Of a stretch of 64,000 nt of DNA, positions 48,194-60,307 are shown piece by piece. The stretch's first letter is position 1. Each line of letters begins with the position of its first letter. The notes under the pieces are model-generated. The model saw only the letters and a program-made list of their open reading frames with translations, made no database searches and was not told the DNA's origin. Both the position numbers and the translations under genes were made by a program. Origin of the DNA: Nemertoderma westbladi (taxonomy: Eukaryota > Animalia > Xenacoelomorpha); the NCBI GenBank assembly GCA_032718475.1, contig JAUCBJ010001608.1, positions 1 through 64,000 on the forward strand, given 5' to 3'.

Positions 48194-49969
48194 ATGGAGA
48201 ACATTCCATACCCCTTCGTTGATACTCAGCTGATTGCTCCTTGGGCAGAAGGCCGAGGTTTCTTCCGCACTACGTATGCCAATACACCCAGCGGAATTAC
48301 TAAAGTACAACGAACCTCCATCGGACATCTTGCCTTTCAAGAATACGGATGGAATTTCAAGGTTGGAAATCCTATAAATTACCAACAAGTATACGGAGAT
48401 CATTATTCTCGTTTATACTTTGATGGACCGTTGACCGCACCTGGCGCCGTGTATAGCTTTATGAGTGTTCCACTTCGCCCCTCCTTAGCTATATACACGA
48501 TCTTTGAAAACGCAGCACTTGCCGGTTGTCTAGCCGATGTGTGCAGTCGTACCATACGCGCCCATCCCTTAGTACTTGGAACCAAACTCGCCAAGTTAGA
48601 TGAACACAATAAATTCATCCGCTTTGAATGTTTCAGGTGCTTTCTGACTCCGTTCCGTAACGTTGATAGTCAGTTCAAGGACCGCGCTCTGACCAAACTC
48701 AGCCTGAGAGACTCAGCGGCGGAGAAGCTAAATAGCGCGGGATTTGCCCTTTTTCAGGACGTTTGTATACAGAACTTGCACTCATCTGTTATACAAAGAC
48801 CCCGAATACCCACGGGTTATTCTGTCGTCGAAGTTCAGACAGTGGGTCCGCTTGCGGAGACAGCCGCACCTACCTCAGCTATGCAATTGGAAGACGAACC
48901 AATATGCTTAGAAGCTGAAGCGATTCAACCTACAGCGCCCCGGAGCAGCGATAACGACTACGTCTTAGAGTGGTATCAAGGTCCACAATGTCTCACCGCA
49001 TACGATTATCGACACGCTAACTATGTTTCTCGAAAACGTTGTCGATTATGCGCATCGAGAGACCATTTCACTCCTATGGACTCAGACGTACCCTGTTCTT
49101 ACTTCCACGAACAGCCAATGATGGAGATATATTGTGCGTATTGCAGAATTAATAACTCTCACATTTTTGCAGTCTGCCCCCAATTTATGACTCAATGCCA
49201 CCACTGTCAACTTAAAGGACATGCCAGTTATAATTGCCCCTTTAATCACGATTTAGAGAGCGTAGATGAAATGATTACCCTGCGCTACATTCGAGCTTGG
49301 GAAGCGAACGCGGATTTACATTGTGAGTCCCGTCATCGATACTACCCTGGACGCTCTTACGAGGGAGTTTACGCTTTCCATCCTTATTTATTAGCGTCTG
49401 TGGAACAAAAAACACGCGTACCGAGTTACGAGCTAATGAAGCGTGTTGGTGAGTGTATTTCCACCAAATTTGTTAGAAGATACCTTAGGAACGTCAATCC
49501 TAACGATATTACTTCATACCATTTGATCAATTATATCCGTCAAGACCCGGAGTATGGCGATTTATTTATCAACTCGCACCCTGAGTTACAGGAAGTATCT
49601 CGACGGCCCTACGAATATCGAGCCCGAGAACGCGAGCTGGAAAGAACTATCAAACCAAGGAAGTTTCTTACCACCCACGGTCCGCCTACCGCCATTGCCC
49701 AGACAACCCGTCAAGGACCCGTAGGAGCTGCTGTCCTGAGGCGTGCCCTAAAGGCTGTTAGACCTCGCTCCACGGAAGTTGATATCGATCAACCAGGTAC
49801 CTCGACCGGCGGATATACCGATCGCAATCCGAAACCTTCTGATGCAATTGTATTGCACCCTTCACCCAGGAGTTACAGCCCTCCTAGTAAAGTGGCTCGC
49901 CCCAAAGAGAAAAGGACTCTTACTAGCCTCAAAAAACTGCGTAAACGCCGTCCGCGCAAGAAAGACTAA
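48194..49969 (+). CDS. Accessory 591-aa zinc-knuckle/NLS protein (copy B)
   Basis: Intact ORF immediately before the PPT and 3' LTR; roughly 94% identical to the copy A protein by manual count, no indels. Confidence 0.9.
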   Translation: MENIPYPFVDTQLIAPWAEGRGFFRTTYANTPSGITKVQRTSIGHLAFQEYGWNFKVGNPINYQQVYGDHYSRLYFDGPLTAPGAVYSFMSVPLRPSLAIYTIFENAALAGCLADVCSRTIRAHPLVLGTKLAKLDEHNKFIRFECFRCFLTPFRNVDSQFKDRALTKLSLRDSAAEKLNSAGFALFQDVCIQNLHSSVIQRPRIPTGYSVVEVQTVGPLAETAAPTSAMQLEDEPICLEAEAIQPTAPRSSDNDYVLEWYQGPQCLTAYDYRHANYVSRKRCRLCASRDHFTPMDSDVPCSYFHEQPMMEIYCAYCRINNSHIFAVCPQFMTQCHHCQLKGHASYNCPFNHDLESVDEMITLRYIRAWEANADLHCESRHRYYPGRSYEGVYAFHPYLLASVEQKTRVPSYELMKRVGECISTKFVRRYLRNVNPNDITSYHLINYIRQDPEYGDLFINSHPELQEVSRRPYEYRARERELERTIKPRKFLTTHGPPTAIAQTTRQGPVGAAVLRRALKAVRPRSTEVDIDQPGTSTGGYTDRNPKPSDAIVLHPSPRSYSPPSKVARPKEKRTLTSLKKLRKRRPRKKD

Positions 49970-50047
49970 CTGTTTAGAGTATTTTTATATTTTAGAAACT
50001 GTGATTTGTTATATTTTATAGACTTAAATCCCATTTTCTGGGAGCGG

Positions 50048-51248
50048 TGTAAAAGCTTTTGCGTCATTAACCGGTTATTTTCCCTTAAAGTACTCTGTAG
50101 TTGGTTTGCCAGGCATAAAAGGGCCGTGTCCTTGCTGTACTGGTGTTTTAGAGGACATAAAAGTCATTTCTTATGTATTTGTACTGTATTTGTACTTTAG
50201 AGGACATAATCCGCAATCTCGTGACGCGATAAGCTAGATACTCTTGAAAACAGTGTCGCTACCATGACGACGGCTAACAGCTGATATTGCCACGTCGACG
50301 TTTCTTTGTTTCTTTGTTCTCTCGTTGTTCGGTTGACCAATCAGAGCGTTTTTTGTCTCTGTGTTGGAGGTGTATACAGAAACTCAGTAGTTCAGTGTTA
50401 TGTTTTTTGCTAGAGCCTAAGAACATCGGCCTTTGGCACCTACGTATATCAGCATTCTTTAGCTTTACATTAGTAGGCTTAATTATAGAACGTATATCTG
50501 TTATCGAACGAACTTAACAATCCAAATCGACCTACCTACATACAATCTTATCATACATATCTATGCAATTCATATCTTACATTACTGCTTTTGCTGTTGG
50601 TTATTCGTTATATTTGTTGATGAAATATTATATCGGAATACTGATCAATAGTCAGACACCCCACCTTCTTGATATACTAAAGGTTAGAGAGACCGGTTAC
50701 AGATAAACGATTGCGACCTATGTATGTTAAGTGGTTTGAAGTGAATCTAATGCTATTTCATATACCCAACATAAATTGTCTGTTGCTCTCTTTATACGTG
50801 ACCAAATTTAGTGAAGGTCGGCAGATTAGTGTGCAGTATTGTGCAGCATTGTGTATGATTGTAACTGATAACAAAGCATCTCCTAAAGAATGTGCCATAT
50901 ACGTTAATCTATAGCCTTTTCGTTGTGTCTAGTTTAAGTCATAACTCTGTTTACATATTTAGAGCGCCACGTCCTAAAGGAACTGTTAATATTTCCCGAA
51001 AGTGAATAATATTGGTCAGAGCTTATATATTACGATCAGTCGAATAATACGGTAGGCTTACACTATCAATCATTAAGCTCCGAACTCAGTCTCCCGGGTA
51101 TATCCAACGGGTGAATGATTGCGCATAGACTGGCTTCGGCTAATGTAGTGTATCAAATACTCGTCATAAAGCTAAAGAATATATATCATCTAAAAGACAT
51201 TCTAATTTTGGCAGGTTAAACTGTCAAAGGTCTTCAAAAGCGCAAACA
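50048..51248 (+). repeat. 3' LTR of copy B
   Basis: Preceded by PPT-like CTGGGAGCGG and followed by the TSD ACTAA. Confidence 0.97.
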
Positions 51249-52331
51249 ACTAAAGTTATCCGTTCAACACTCCTGGTTTCTGTGAGACTCAAAGTTAGCC
51301 GTTCAACACTCCTGGATTCTGTGGGACTCACAGTTAGCCGCCGTTCAAAACTCTTGGTTTCTGTGAGACTCAAAGTTAGCCGTTCAACACTCCTGGTTTC
51401 TGTTCGACTCAAAGTTAGCCGTTCAACACTCCTGGTTTCTGTGCGACATATGTTTATTAAGTTAGCAGTTCAACTGTCCTGGTTTCTGTGGGACTCAAAC
51501 CGTTCAACACTCCTGGTTTCTGTGGGACTAAAGTTATCCGTTCAACACTCCTGGTTTCTGTGAGACTCAAAGTTAGCCGTTCAACACTCCTGGATTCTGT
51601 GGGACTCACAGTTAGCCGCCGTTCAAAACTCTTGGTTTCTGTGAGACTCAAAGTTAGCCATTCAACACTCCTGGATTCTGTGGGACTCACAGTTAGCCGC
51701 CGTTCAAAACTCTTGGTTTCTGTGAGACTCAAAGTTAGCCGTTCAACACTCCTGGTTTCTGTGGGACTCAAAGTTAGCCGTTCAACACTCCTGGTTTCTG
51801 TGGGACTCAAAGTTAGCCGTTCAACACTCCTGGTTTCTGTAGCACTCAAAGTTAGCCGCTCAACACTCCTGGTTTCTGTGGGACTCAAAGTTAGCCGTTC
51901 AACACTCCTGGGTTCTGTGGGACTGAAAGTTAGCCGTTCAACACTCCTGGGTTCTGTGGGACTCAAAGTTAGCCGTTCAACACTCCTGGGTTCTGTGGGA
52001 CTCAAAGTTAGCCGTTCAACACTCCTGGGTTCTGTGGGACTCAAAGTTAGCCTTTCAACACTCCTGGTTTCTGTGGGACTCAAAGTTAGCCGTTCAATAC
52101 TCCTGGTTTCTGTGGGACTCAAAGTTAGCCGTTCAAAACTCCTGGTTTCTGTGGGACTCAAAGTTAGCTGTTCAAAACTCCTGGTTTCTGTGGGACTCAA
52201 AGTTAGCCGTTCAACACTCCTGGTTTCTGTGGGACTCAAAGTTAGCCGTTCAACACTCCTGGTTTCTGTGGGACTCAAAGTTAGCCGTTCAACACTCCTG
52301 GTTTATGTGCGAGATATATTTTTATTAAGTT
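51249..52331. repeat. 39-bp satellite array, right part
   Basis: Same unit as 29067-32390 and continuous with it once copy B is removed; an uninterrupted GGGACTAAAGTTATCCG unit lies at ~51524. Confidence 0.97.
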
Positions 52332-52626
52332 TTGAGAGTCAGGTTAGATTCTAGAATTGCAATAAAGGGCTTCATTTCGTGTGTTAGAGCTAATTATTCA
52401 TACTGTATTGGTTTAGATGGGTTGTTTGTTGCCAGACATGCATATTTATGCATATGCAAGCAAGATTAACCAACTCAGCCCTAGCCACCTATTGCATTGC
52501 AGTAGGCCTATTGGAGTAGGCCTATTGCTGTATTATTGTTGCTTAAGTTCATTAAGTTGAGTCTTGAGTGAACCTACTGCTGTACCACTCTTACGTTACT
52601 GCTGACCGGTACACATTTCAACTTAA

Positions 52627-53370
52627 GGGGGGGGGGGGGGGGGGTACACCATTTTGGTCAAAAATATGTCGAATTTTTTTTATGGTCTATTATAATGCAC
52701 CATTGAACCATGTGTTTCCAAATCTGAAAACCGCTATTTAATAGCTCTTTTAGTTTTCAAGTTATAACAATTTCCATTTAGGGATTCCTATTGAAATTAC
52801 TATTACTATGTATAATGAAAGGTCGATTATCTCAAAATATTTTTTTATGAAATTGTCAACTTCAAAAACCTACTACTTCTACAATTTTTGAGCAATTAGT
52901 CTGAAACTTTCTGTGGGTGTCTAGATAGCCACCCTGCATAAAATTATCAGACAACTTTTCGAAATTATTTGTTAATAAAATTTAATACTATTTATAACAA
53001 ACCTAAAAATTTAGCCTAAATTTGCAGCGCCACCTAGCGGTGCAGAATTATTTTCACAAAATTTTGCCTGATAGTTATGTTGCCCCATCTTTGATCTATC
53101 ATATATAAAAACTTTCATGTGATTAGATTCAAAACTGTAAAAGCCTTAGGGTTTTAATCGCAACCAAGTTTTTTTTATTGTTAACTAGTATTAACTAATA
53201 TTAAATAGCGAAAAAAAAAATTTCTTACCTATCATGTAAGAATAGTATCTTAGGCACCGCACCTACCTATATTCCAAATTATAGCCAAAAACAAAAAATT
53301 TTGAAACGCTAAGAGTGATAAATCGAAGAGTTGTCCGAAAATGGTGTACCCCCCCCCCCCCCCCCCCCCC
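52627..53370. mobile_element. Non-autonomous Kolobok-like DNA transposon
   Basis: TTAA TSD (52623-52626, 53371-53374); TIR G(n)TACACCATTTT ... AAAATGGTGTAC(n); purine-starting termini; no ORF. Confidence 0.8.
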
Positions 53371-54609
53371 TTAATGAACTTTATGCTGCAATACAGCAAT
53401 ACTCCGATACTGCAAAGCAATAGGTGTAGGCCCCTATAGGGCTGAGTGGTTCAGTACTACTTGCATACTGGTCAGGCAATCTGCGAGTTTATAATTTTGA
53501 ATTGTTTCATTTTATCAATGTTAATCACCATGAATCTAATTGATTGTAGTGTCAAAAGACGCGCAAGACTCTCCGCTTTCAATTGATATAAGCCACGTGT
53601 GAAATGATTGAGATTAAATGTGCATTTGAATTGAACTAAAATCACACTCCATAGAAACCAATATGATAAATTATCCGAGCACTCACTGCGTAGTGACGTT
53701 AAATATGTAGCAGCCAATCACAGCTGATTTTCAAAATTGGCTTCCCGGGCTTACTTAAACCTGTGCGCGCTAAAACACGCCGACAACCCGCGACATCTCG
53801 GGGTGTGAACTAAGAGGATTCTTTGTGGGGGTTGGGGGGGGGGGGGGGAAGGGTAAGGTTTATAGAGCCACACTTTGGTTAGGATGGGGACGTGGGGGAC
53901 TACAGAGGCGCCAGCGAGAGCGAGATCGGCCGACAACAAAGGTAGGGCCGTTAGCTGACAGTGTCTGACAGAGTGGTAGGGATGTAGATAAAATAAATAA
54001 GGTGTGGCAATAAAATAAAGTTATAAAAACATAAGGTTATAAAAACAATCATATAAAGTTCTGTATATTTACGTACTTAAGGTTATCATGGTTTACAATA
54101 CGATGTTACAATCAGTAAAAATATTATGACAATATAGTGAATATAATATAAATAATTAAGGCATAATAATAATCACATAATCAACCGCAAGATAAATTGC
54201 CCAAACTATGTCGCTAAAATAATAATAATAAAACACATCCTTCTGCTTGGCTGGGGTTCCGTAGACTACTGAAGAAATGAAACCCATATATCGGTTTATA
54301 TACAACAAATCCAACCCAATATTATCTACTGAAAATGTGTTAATTAATAACCGAGCAATAAACTGCACTGTTACTCCTACAAACATTCGGGCTGGCTATA
54401 ACCAGTTTGACCTTTACGACAATAGAGTAATACAACTGAGTGCATCTCCACATGAAGAAATATAGATACTGTACAATAACAAGCGAAGCAAACACACCAC
54501 AAAGGCACTCCAATATACCCGCTCACTCTCTATCCCACTCCCAGAAGGAAAATATTGGCCCCCAGATTACTCCTACAACCAACAGAGGCTAATAATGATT
54601 AAATTCAAT

Positions 54610-55773
54610 GTGGGGCGAGCCACGAAGTGAGTGAGCCTTAGCGTAGTGGTACCATTAATCAACCTGTCGTTCTGTCGTTCTGTCGTTCTGTCGTGTTCAA
54701 TTTTAAACGTTAATAACTCGGCCAATCTTTGATGAAATCTATCCAAACTTGGTACACATGTTGTTTGGCAAAAGTTTAGAAATTTTCCAAGTAGAATTTC
54801 CGTGTGGCCTTCGAGAAGCTAAGATAATAGCAGTTAATTAGTTAATTAAGTTGATTGCGGTGAAAACGCCATTTTCAACCTGCCTTTTAAAGGAAATTAA
54901 TTGTTTTACAGTATAAGATTTAAATAATTATACTTAAAAATTATACAGATATAATCCCCATACGCCATTCTATTATAGTTTTTAATTAGTTTAAGTGATT
55001 TGCTTTAATAAATGTGTCTTTAATTGATCTAAACGTAATTAAACCGCACAATTATTGAGTACAAATTTAATCCTTCCCATTATTGGTCAAGTCTCTGCTG
55101 GTGTGGAGCTAGCTGCTGGGAGTTGTGGCTGTAGACTAACCTGAGAGGAATTGTAATAGAGGCAACCAGTATTGCTATTCCAGCCCAATCACTGAATTGT
55201 GTTTATTATAGGCTGGACGGGCCGCATAACCGTTCGACTATTACTACTATTGCTATCTCAGTTAAATGACAGATATAATAACATAAATACAATCCATGGC
55301 ATGGCTGTTGTAGGCTTCTGAAATAGTTTATTCCACAATGTATATGTCTGGTTATTTTTTAATTGAATTTTTGCAAAGTAGTAAAATTAATGTTCTTAAA
55401 AATAATATTATTATTTTATATGTAACCTAGGAAATTAGCTACATTTTTTCGCTGCAGCTTTAAGAGTGTACATTGATTTAATATTATTTCAATACCCATA
55501 TTACTACATCGGCATAAGATGCGTTGGCGTTGTATCACACATCTCCACATATCACACATCTCCACATAGATGTATCAACAGTTACTCGCACAGTTTCGAA
55601 ACTTCGCATAGTTATAACTGTATAAAGATCGTCAGTCTGCGTTTAGGAAAAATATTTTATGACAAAACAGGACAAGCGACGAGCGCAACGAGGCATATAA
55701 TGAAGACGAGTACTGCGTTGACTAAATTATTATATAAACCACCTGGCTTCACATATTGATCGCATCCCTAGTT
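54610..55773 (+). mobile_element. Helentron-associated (DINE/HINE-like) non-autonomous element
   Basis: 5' GTGGGGCGAGCCACGAAGTGAGTGAGCC, (CTGTCGTT)n microsatellite at ~54665, TAACTC...AAACTTGGTACACATG block, CTAGTT end; the 3' boundary is uncertain. Confidence 0.55.
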
Positions 55774-58700
55774 ATTATTATTATAAAGATCGTCCTAGCT
55801 TGCGTTTAAGAAATATATTTAAATACAAAACAGGACGAACGCAAAGAGGCTTATAATGAAAACGAGTACTGCGTTTATTATATTCCTATAAACCACCTGG
55901 CTTTGCATATTTAACGTGCGATTGGAAATAAGTTCGTGCTACCCTTCCGTGGGTGGTAGATGTCGCGGTTATGTATTGGTGGTTGGGAAGGGTGGGGGGG
56001 GGGGGGGGAGATTAAAAGGGGTGAACACGTACTGTCCACCTTTCTTTGATTGATTGGTGGTGTGGGTAAATTTCTCAAAACCTGATTTTGTGATACAGTC
56101 GCTGCATTTTAATTTGTATATAATAACTAGGCCTCGTGCTGCGCGAAGTCCCCACGAACGTGTAACTACAACACAAAACAATCCACACTCAACTATCGCA
56201 ATAATTACGAAACCTACACCAAGCAATAATATTACTTCGAAATACCACTAGAAACTCACCAAACAATAAATCAAATATTCCCTAATAAATACATATTCTA
56301 TAAAATACATTTAACTTTAGCATAAATAAATACAATAAATCAATGTAAGATACTTTATGGAAATAATTCAACTAAATAATCAACAATATTAACATAAAAA
56401 TATGACGCCTAAATCACTATAATATTATCAAATAAATTAATGCAAGATAATATGACTTACGCAATTCACAAACGTTCTATATAGTTCCAGTCGCGACAAA
56501 ACCCGCCATTTCGACCGTTTCCACGTTTCCACACACCCCACCACTCGATTCAGGGCACCTTGTTACCCCTTATTTGATAGTTTCTAACCCAACAATTTTT
56601 TCGTGCACCAACCCTACTGTATTGTGGAGGTTACTTTGGTTCATCGTAATAAAATCTTTATTATATAAGTGAATGTGCATAACAAGAAAGAAAATTCGAG
56701 CGAAGCGAGCTGAAATTTCTTTAACAATAATGTTGAGAGTTTGCACATTGAATCGACCTTTTTAAACAACTAGCAACCAAAGCAAAGCAAACAAAGTTTA
56801 AACAACAACAAAAATGTTAATTACTCATATGGTCTTCTTGACCTTTAATAATAGTGCACACCGACGTCTAATAATTGGCTGAAGTGTGTTCGAGTGCAAT
56901 GGATATTGAGCTCAACATGTTAAGATCTTACATATTCTTAATTATCTCGAGAATTAACTAATTAATTAACGCGTAACTTTCCTATTCCATGGCCAGTACA
57001 CATATAAACCAACATACAAAGTCTTGCAGCAAACCACCGGAGCGTTTAAGCGAGATAGTACTACGAGAAACATACATACATACATACATGCATACAACAT
57101 TGACAATTGTATAATAGATAGAAAATAGAAGAAGAAGAGGAAGATAGGCGTATATACAGTATGTTGAGTAAAGAAGCTAAAATGATGGTTGAAACTTGAA
57201 GGTAAGGTTGGAACTTGTATCAACTATAAACTCAATTCACCTACACATTCCCGCTCCTCTCCCTCCATCGAAACCGGAATGCTAATAATTCTGCTCGCAC
57301 CAATCCTTAATTCATACACCATTCAACAGATCGGTCCATTTCACAAACTGAAACAAATTAATAACCTCAATAAAATATAGAACGCACACATTTAAAACTT
57401 ATGATACTGTAGTTAGTTTTACTTTACAGCTTCTCACATCTAATCTATACTACGCCATTTATAAACAATATTCTCGCGAAATTACCTTTAGCTGACAAGA
57501 GATAGGGCCTAACTCCCTTGACCCCGCGTTCTCCAACCGAAAACATCCACGGCAACGAAATAGGCAAACGGCAAATATTAACCATTAAGTGCACCACAAC
57601 CACCACCAACCATTCCACGAACCCGTGGAAGTTGTGAGAGAAACTGTAATCACCCTCCACCCCCAACCCGTATAAATAGTATTTTTATTACATCACATTT
57701 CTTTAATTTAATTCCGATTTTACTGTTTGCCTTGATTGGGGGCGAATCTAATAAATACAATAATACCATACAGTAGAGGCCTAGCCCAAAAATATGGGTA
57801 CCAGTCCAGTACTAAAAATTGTTACACTATTGCACTATAGGCCCACTCCTGGCCTGTGGGGCGAGACACGTAGTCGGCGAGCCTTGGCATACGGTTCATA
57901 TAGGGCAGTAGTAGGAGAAACATAGTCCGGATCGTACTCCTCCCTAAGCCTGGGAAGGTGCTAAATCGCGATGTTTAATGACAATCTGTCACCATCAATA
58001 TTGATTCGCGTCGTTGCCTTCAACCAATCGTTGCTTATCACCTACGCGTAGCCTATCCTCACGATGCCTGCCTTACTCGATAGCTGTTACCACCCGTGAG
58101 TATTGATTCGCGTTGTTGCATCAACCAACCATCGCATATTCATCTTCGCGTAACCTAACTTCACGATGCATGGCTAGCCCCCACTACGCTATTATATTAT
58201 ATATCGATTGCCAACTCACCACCACCACCGCTAGCCACGGCTACTCCTCGACGGCTGTCGCCAAACCAATCAATCCAACCAACCAAACAGCCTACCAGTA
58301 GTCCAACGCTATTATGATACGTGTTGAAATTCCGCCACGTTCCAGCTACACGTATACGAACATTTCCATAGTTACTCAACCCAACCTAACCAATCCCACA
58401 GCATCTGTGCCATATTGAAAGGCTTCCACCGCTAACATTATACTGCGCGTTTTTATTATAATAATTATTGATTATTATTACACACAACCCTATGATTCAT
58501 ATTCTTTCACGTATTTCCTATCCACGCAATCAACCAGCCAGCTATTCATCCACGTTGCTCCCCATCTCTTTTCTTATTCGTTGATGATTATGACACGTAC
58601 CATCTCTTCTTCGTTGACTATGCCACATCGCAAATTTATATATATATAAGTGAATGTTTTTAATAAAATTCATCACTTGTAATCTTCATGGTAATATATT

Positions 58701-59045
58701 GATACCATATCTAATTTTTTGTTCTCACTCTGACATTGTGTTTTTTCCTTAATAATTTATACATTATCTTACTCGTTGTATATTCATTGGTCGGAAAACG
58801 ACACCTCATAAAATGATACTGATTCCAGCATTGGGTATCGACCTAAAAACGAAAGTCTGAGCTACGTGTCTCACTCAATTTTTGTTTTTGAGTCGATACC
58901 TAATGTCAAACTCAGCATCATTTTTCTTAGGCGTTGTCTTCCGACCAAACACAATTTTAGAGTGAGAACTATGGTGTCAATTTATTACAGCGATACAGTT
59001 TAAAATTTATCACTTGTAATATTTTTCATATTTATTATTATTATC

Positions 59046-60110
59046 ATGGCCTTAACGCAAAAAACCGGAGCAACAAATAGCTGGAAATTTACTTACAATA
59101 AATATACTTGTACCGTCGTTCACAGCAAGTATTTTATTGTGGAATCTCAGGAGGACAACGAATCAATTTGTTTTTCCCATCAAGATACCCGCTATTTGTT
59201 AGACATTCTAGAAACAACCAACAACAACCAACATCAATCCAGACCAGCAATTATACCAGGTAGGATATATCCCACTCTTCGTTTTGCGCGGGGAAATTTG
59301 AATATTTCCATCAACCCCACATCGGGTGATGTTTACGTTCAGAAACAAGGCAAATGTAAAGTTCTCAACAAAGCTTTTACTGAAGTTCTAATTCAATACA
59401 GAGGGAAATTATTGCAATTTCTCTCTCCACCGCTAGAGATTATTAGCGATCAATTCTACATTGAATGATCAAATCCAGAGTTTATTGGATTTGTAACAGC
59501 TTTTAAAGGAACCAACTATGTTGGCTTATGGAAAATCAGCCTCAGATACACCGATAGTGTTGGTTTTAACTATTATACAGGTTTCAATTTGTCAAAACAG
59601 GAACTATCTGTTTTGTTGCGAGAGTGGGACAACCAAGTCGATGAAACAGACAAACATCTTTTTGATAAAAATATCATTCAATTATCAGACCGTCTCAAAA
59701 TGATTAAAACCAATAATAAAAAAATTATTATCACCAACACCGATAATTCTACTGAAGTAGGTGCCGGCGGAAATTCTATCGAGTTGCATTACTTGAATGA
59801 TAAAGCCCATATTAGTTTTCTCAAAGAATCGATGGAGGGCGTTTCTCTTACTGAAGCCCATGTTGACGGTTTTGTCCTTTTGGATAAACCTAAAGCGTTC
59901 GTAGAGATCCCATCACCTAATCCAGATGTTGAAGAGAGTTGCTCTCAACCGCAACAGGTCTTTCCTGAAATATTACCTCGGAAGCCAAGATCATTGAGTA
60001 AATTTACCAACACATCACCTGCAAAGAAACAGAAAGTTGTCAGTAACCCAGTTCTAGTAGAACCTGTTACTAATTCTCCATGGAAACCAGATTATTATCC
60101 TAACATGTAA
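59046..60110 (+). pseudogene. PC4-like ssDNA-binding protein gene (354 codons) with one in-frame TGA
   Basis: 59046..59468 and 59589..60110 share a frame and are separated only by TGA 59466-59468; FVTAFKGTNYVGLWK...GFNLSKQELSVL and GVSLT resemble PC4 motifs. Confidence 0.6.
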
Positions 60111-60307
60111 GCCTAATCATAAGTTAAACTCTTTGCGGTTTCCAATAGTCATAAGCGATTGGTGATTGGTTTAAAATTATTTCCCTCACTAGCATATAAA
60201 TGTTTAGATGTAGTCAATAACATTTCATTTCATTTCATTTTATTTTAATCTTTGGAGATATTTTATTATTATTATTATTATTATTATTTATCTAAACAAA
60301 CTTCAAC

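Larger units (their letters stand above)
32391..51248 (+). mobile_element. Giant BEL/Pao LTR retroelement, copy B (18.9 kb including a 1.5-kb insertion)
   Basis: 1201-bp LTRs with about four differences, TG...CA, TSD ACTAA (32386-32390, 51249-51253); BEL-type gag-pol; extra ORFs after pol. Confidence 0.97.

Noticed and set aside
48194-49969. env gene or a second gag
   Set aside because: No signal peptide or transmembrane helix is evident, and no capsid-like motif matching the element's own Gag
51457-52354. 273-aa and 288-aa ORFs on opposite strands
   Set aside because: They are translations of the satellite
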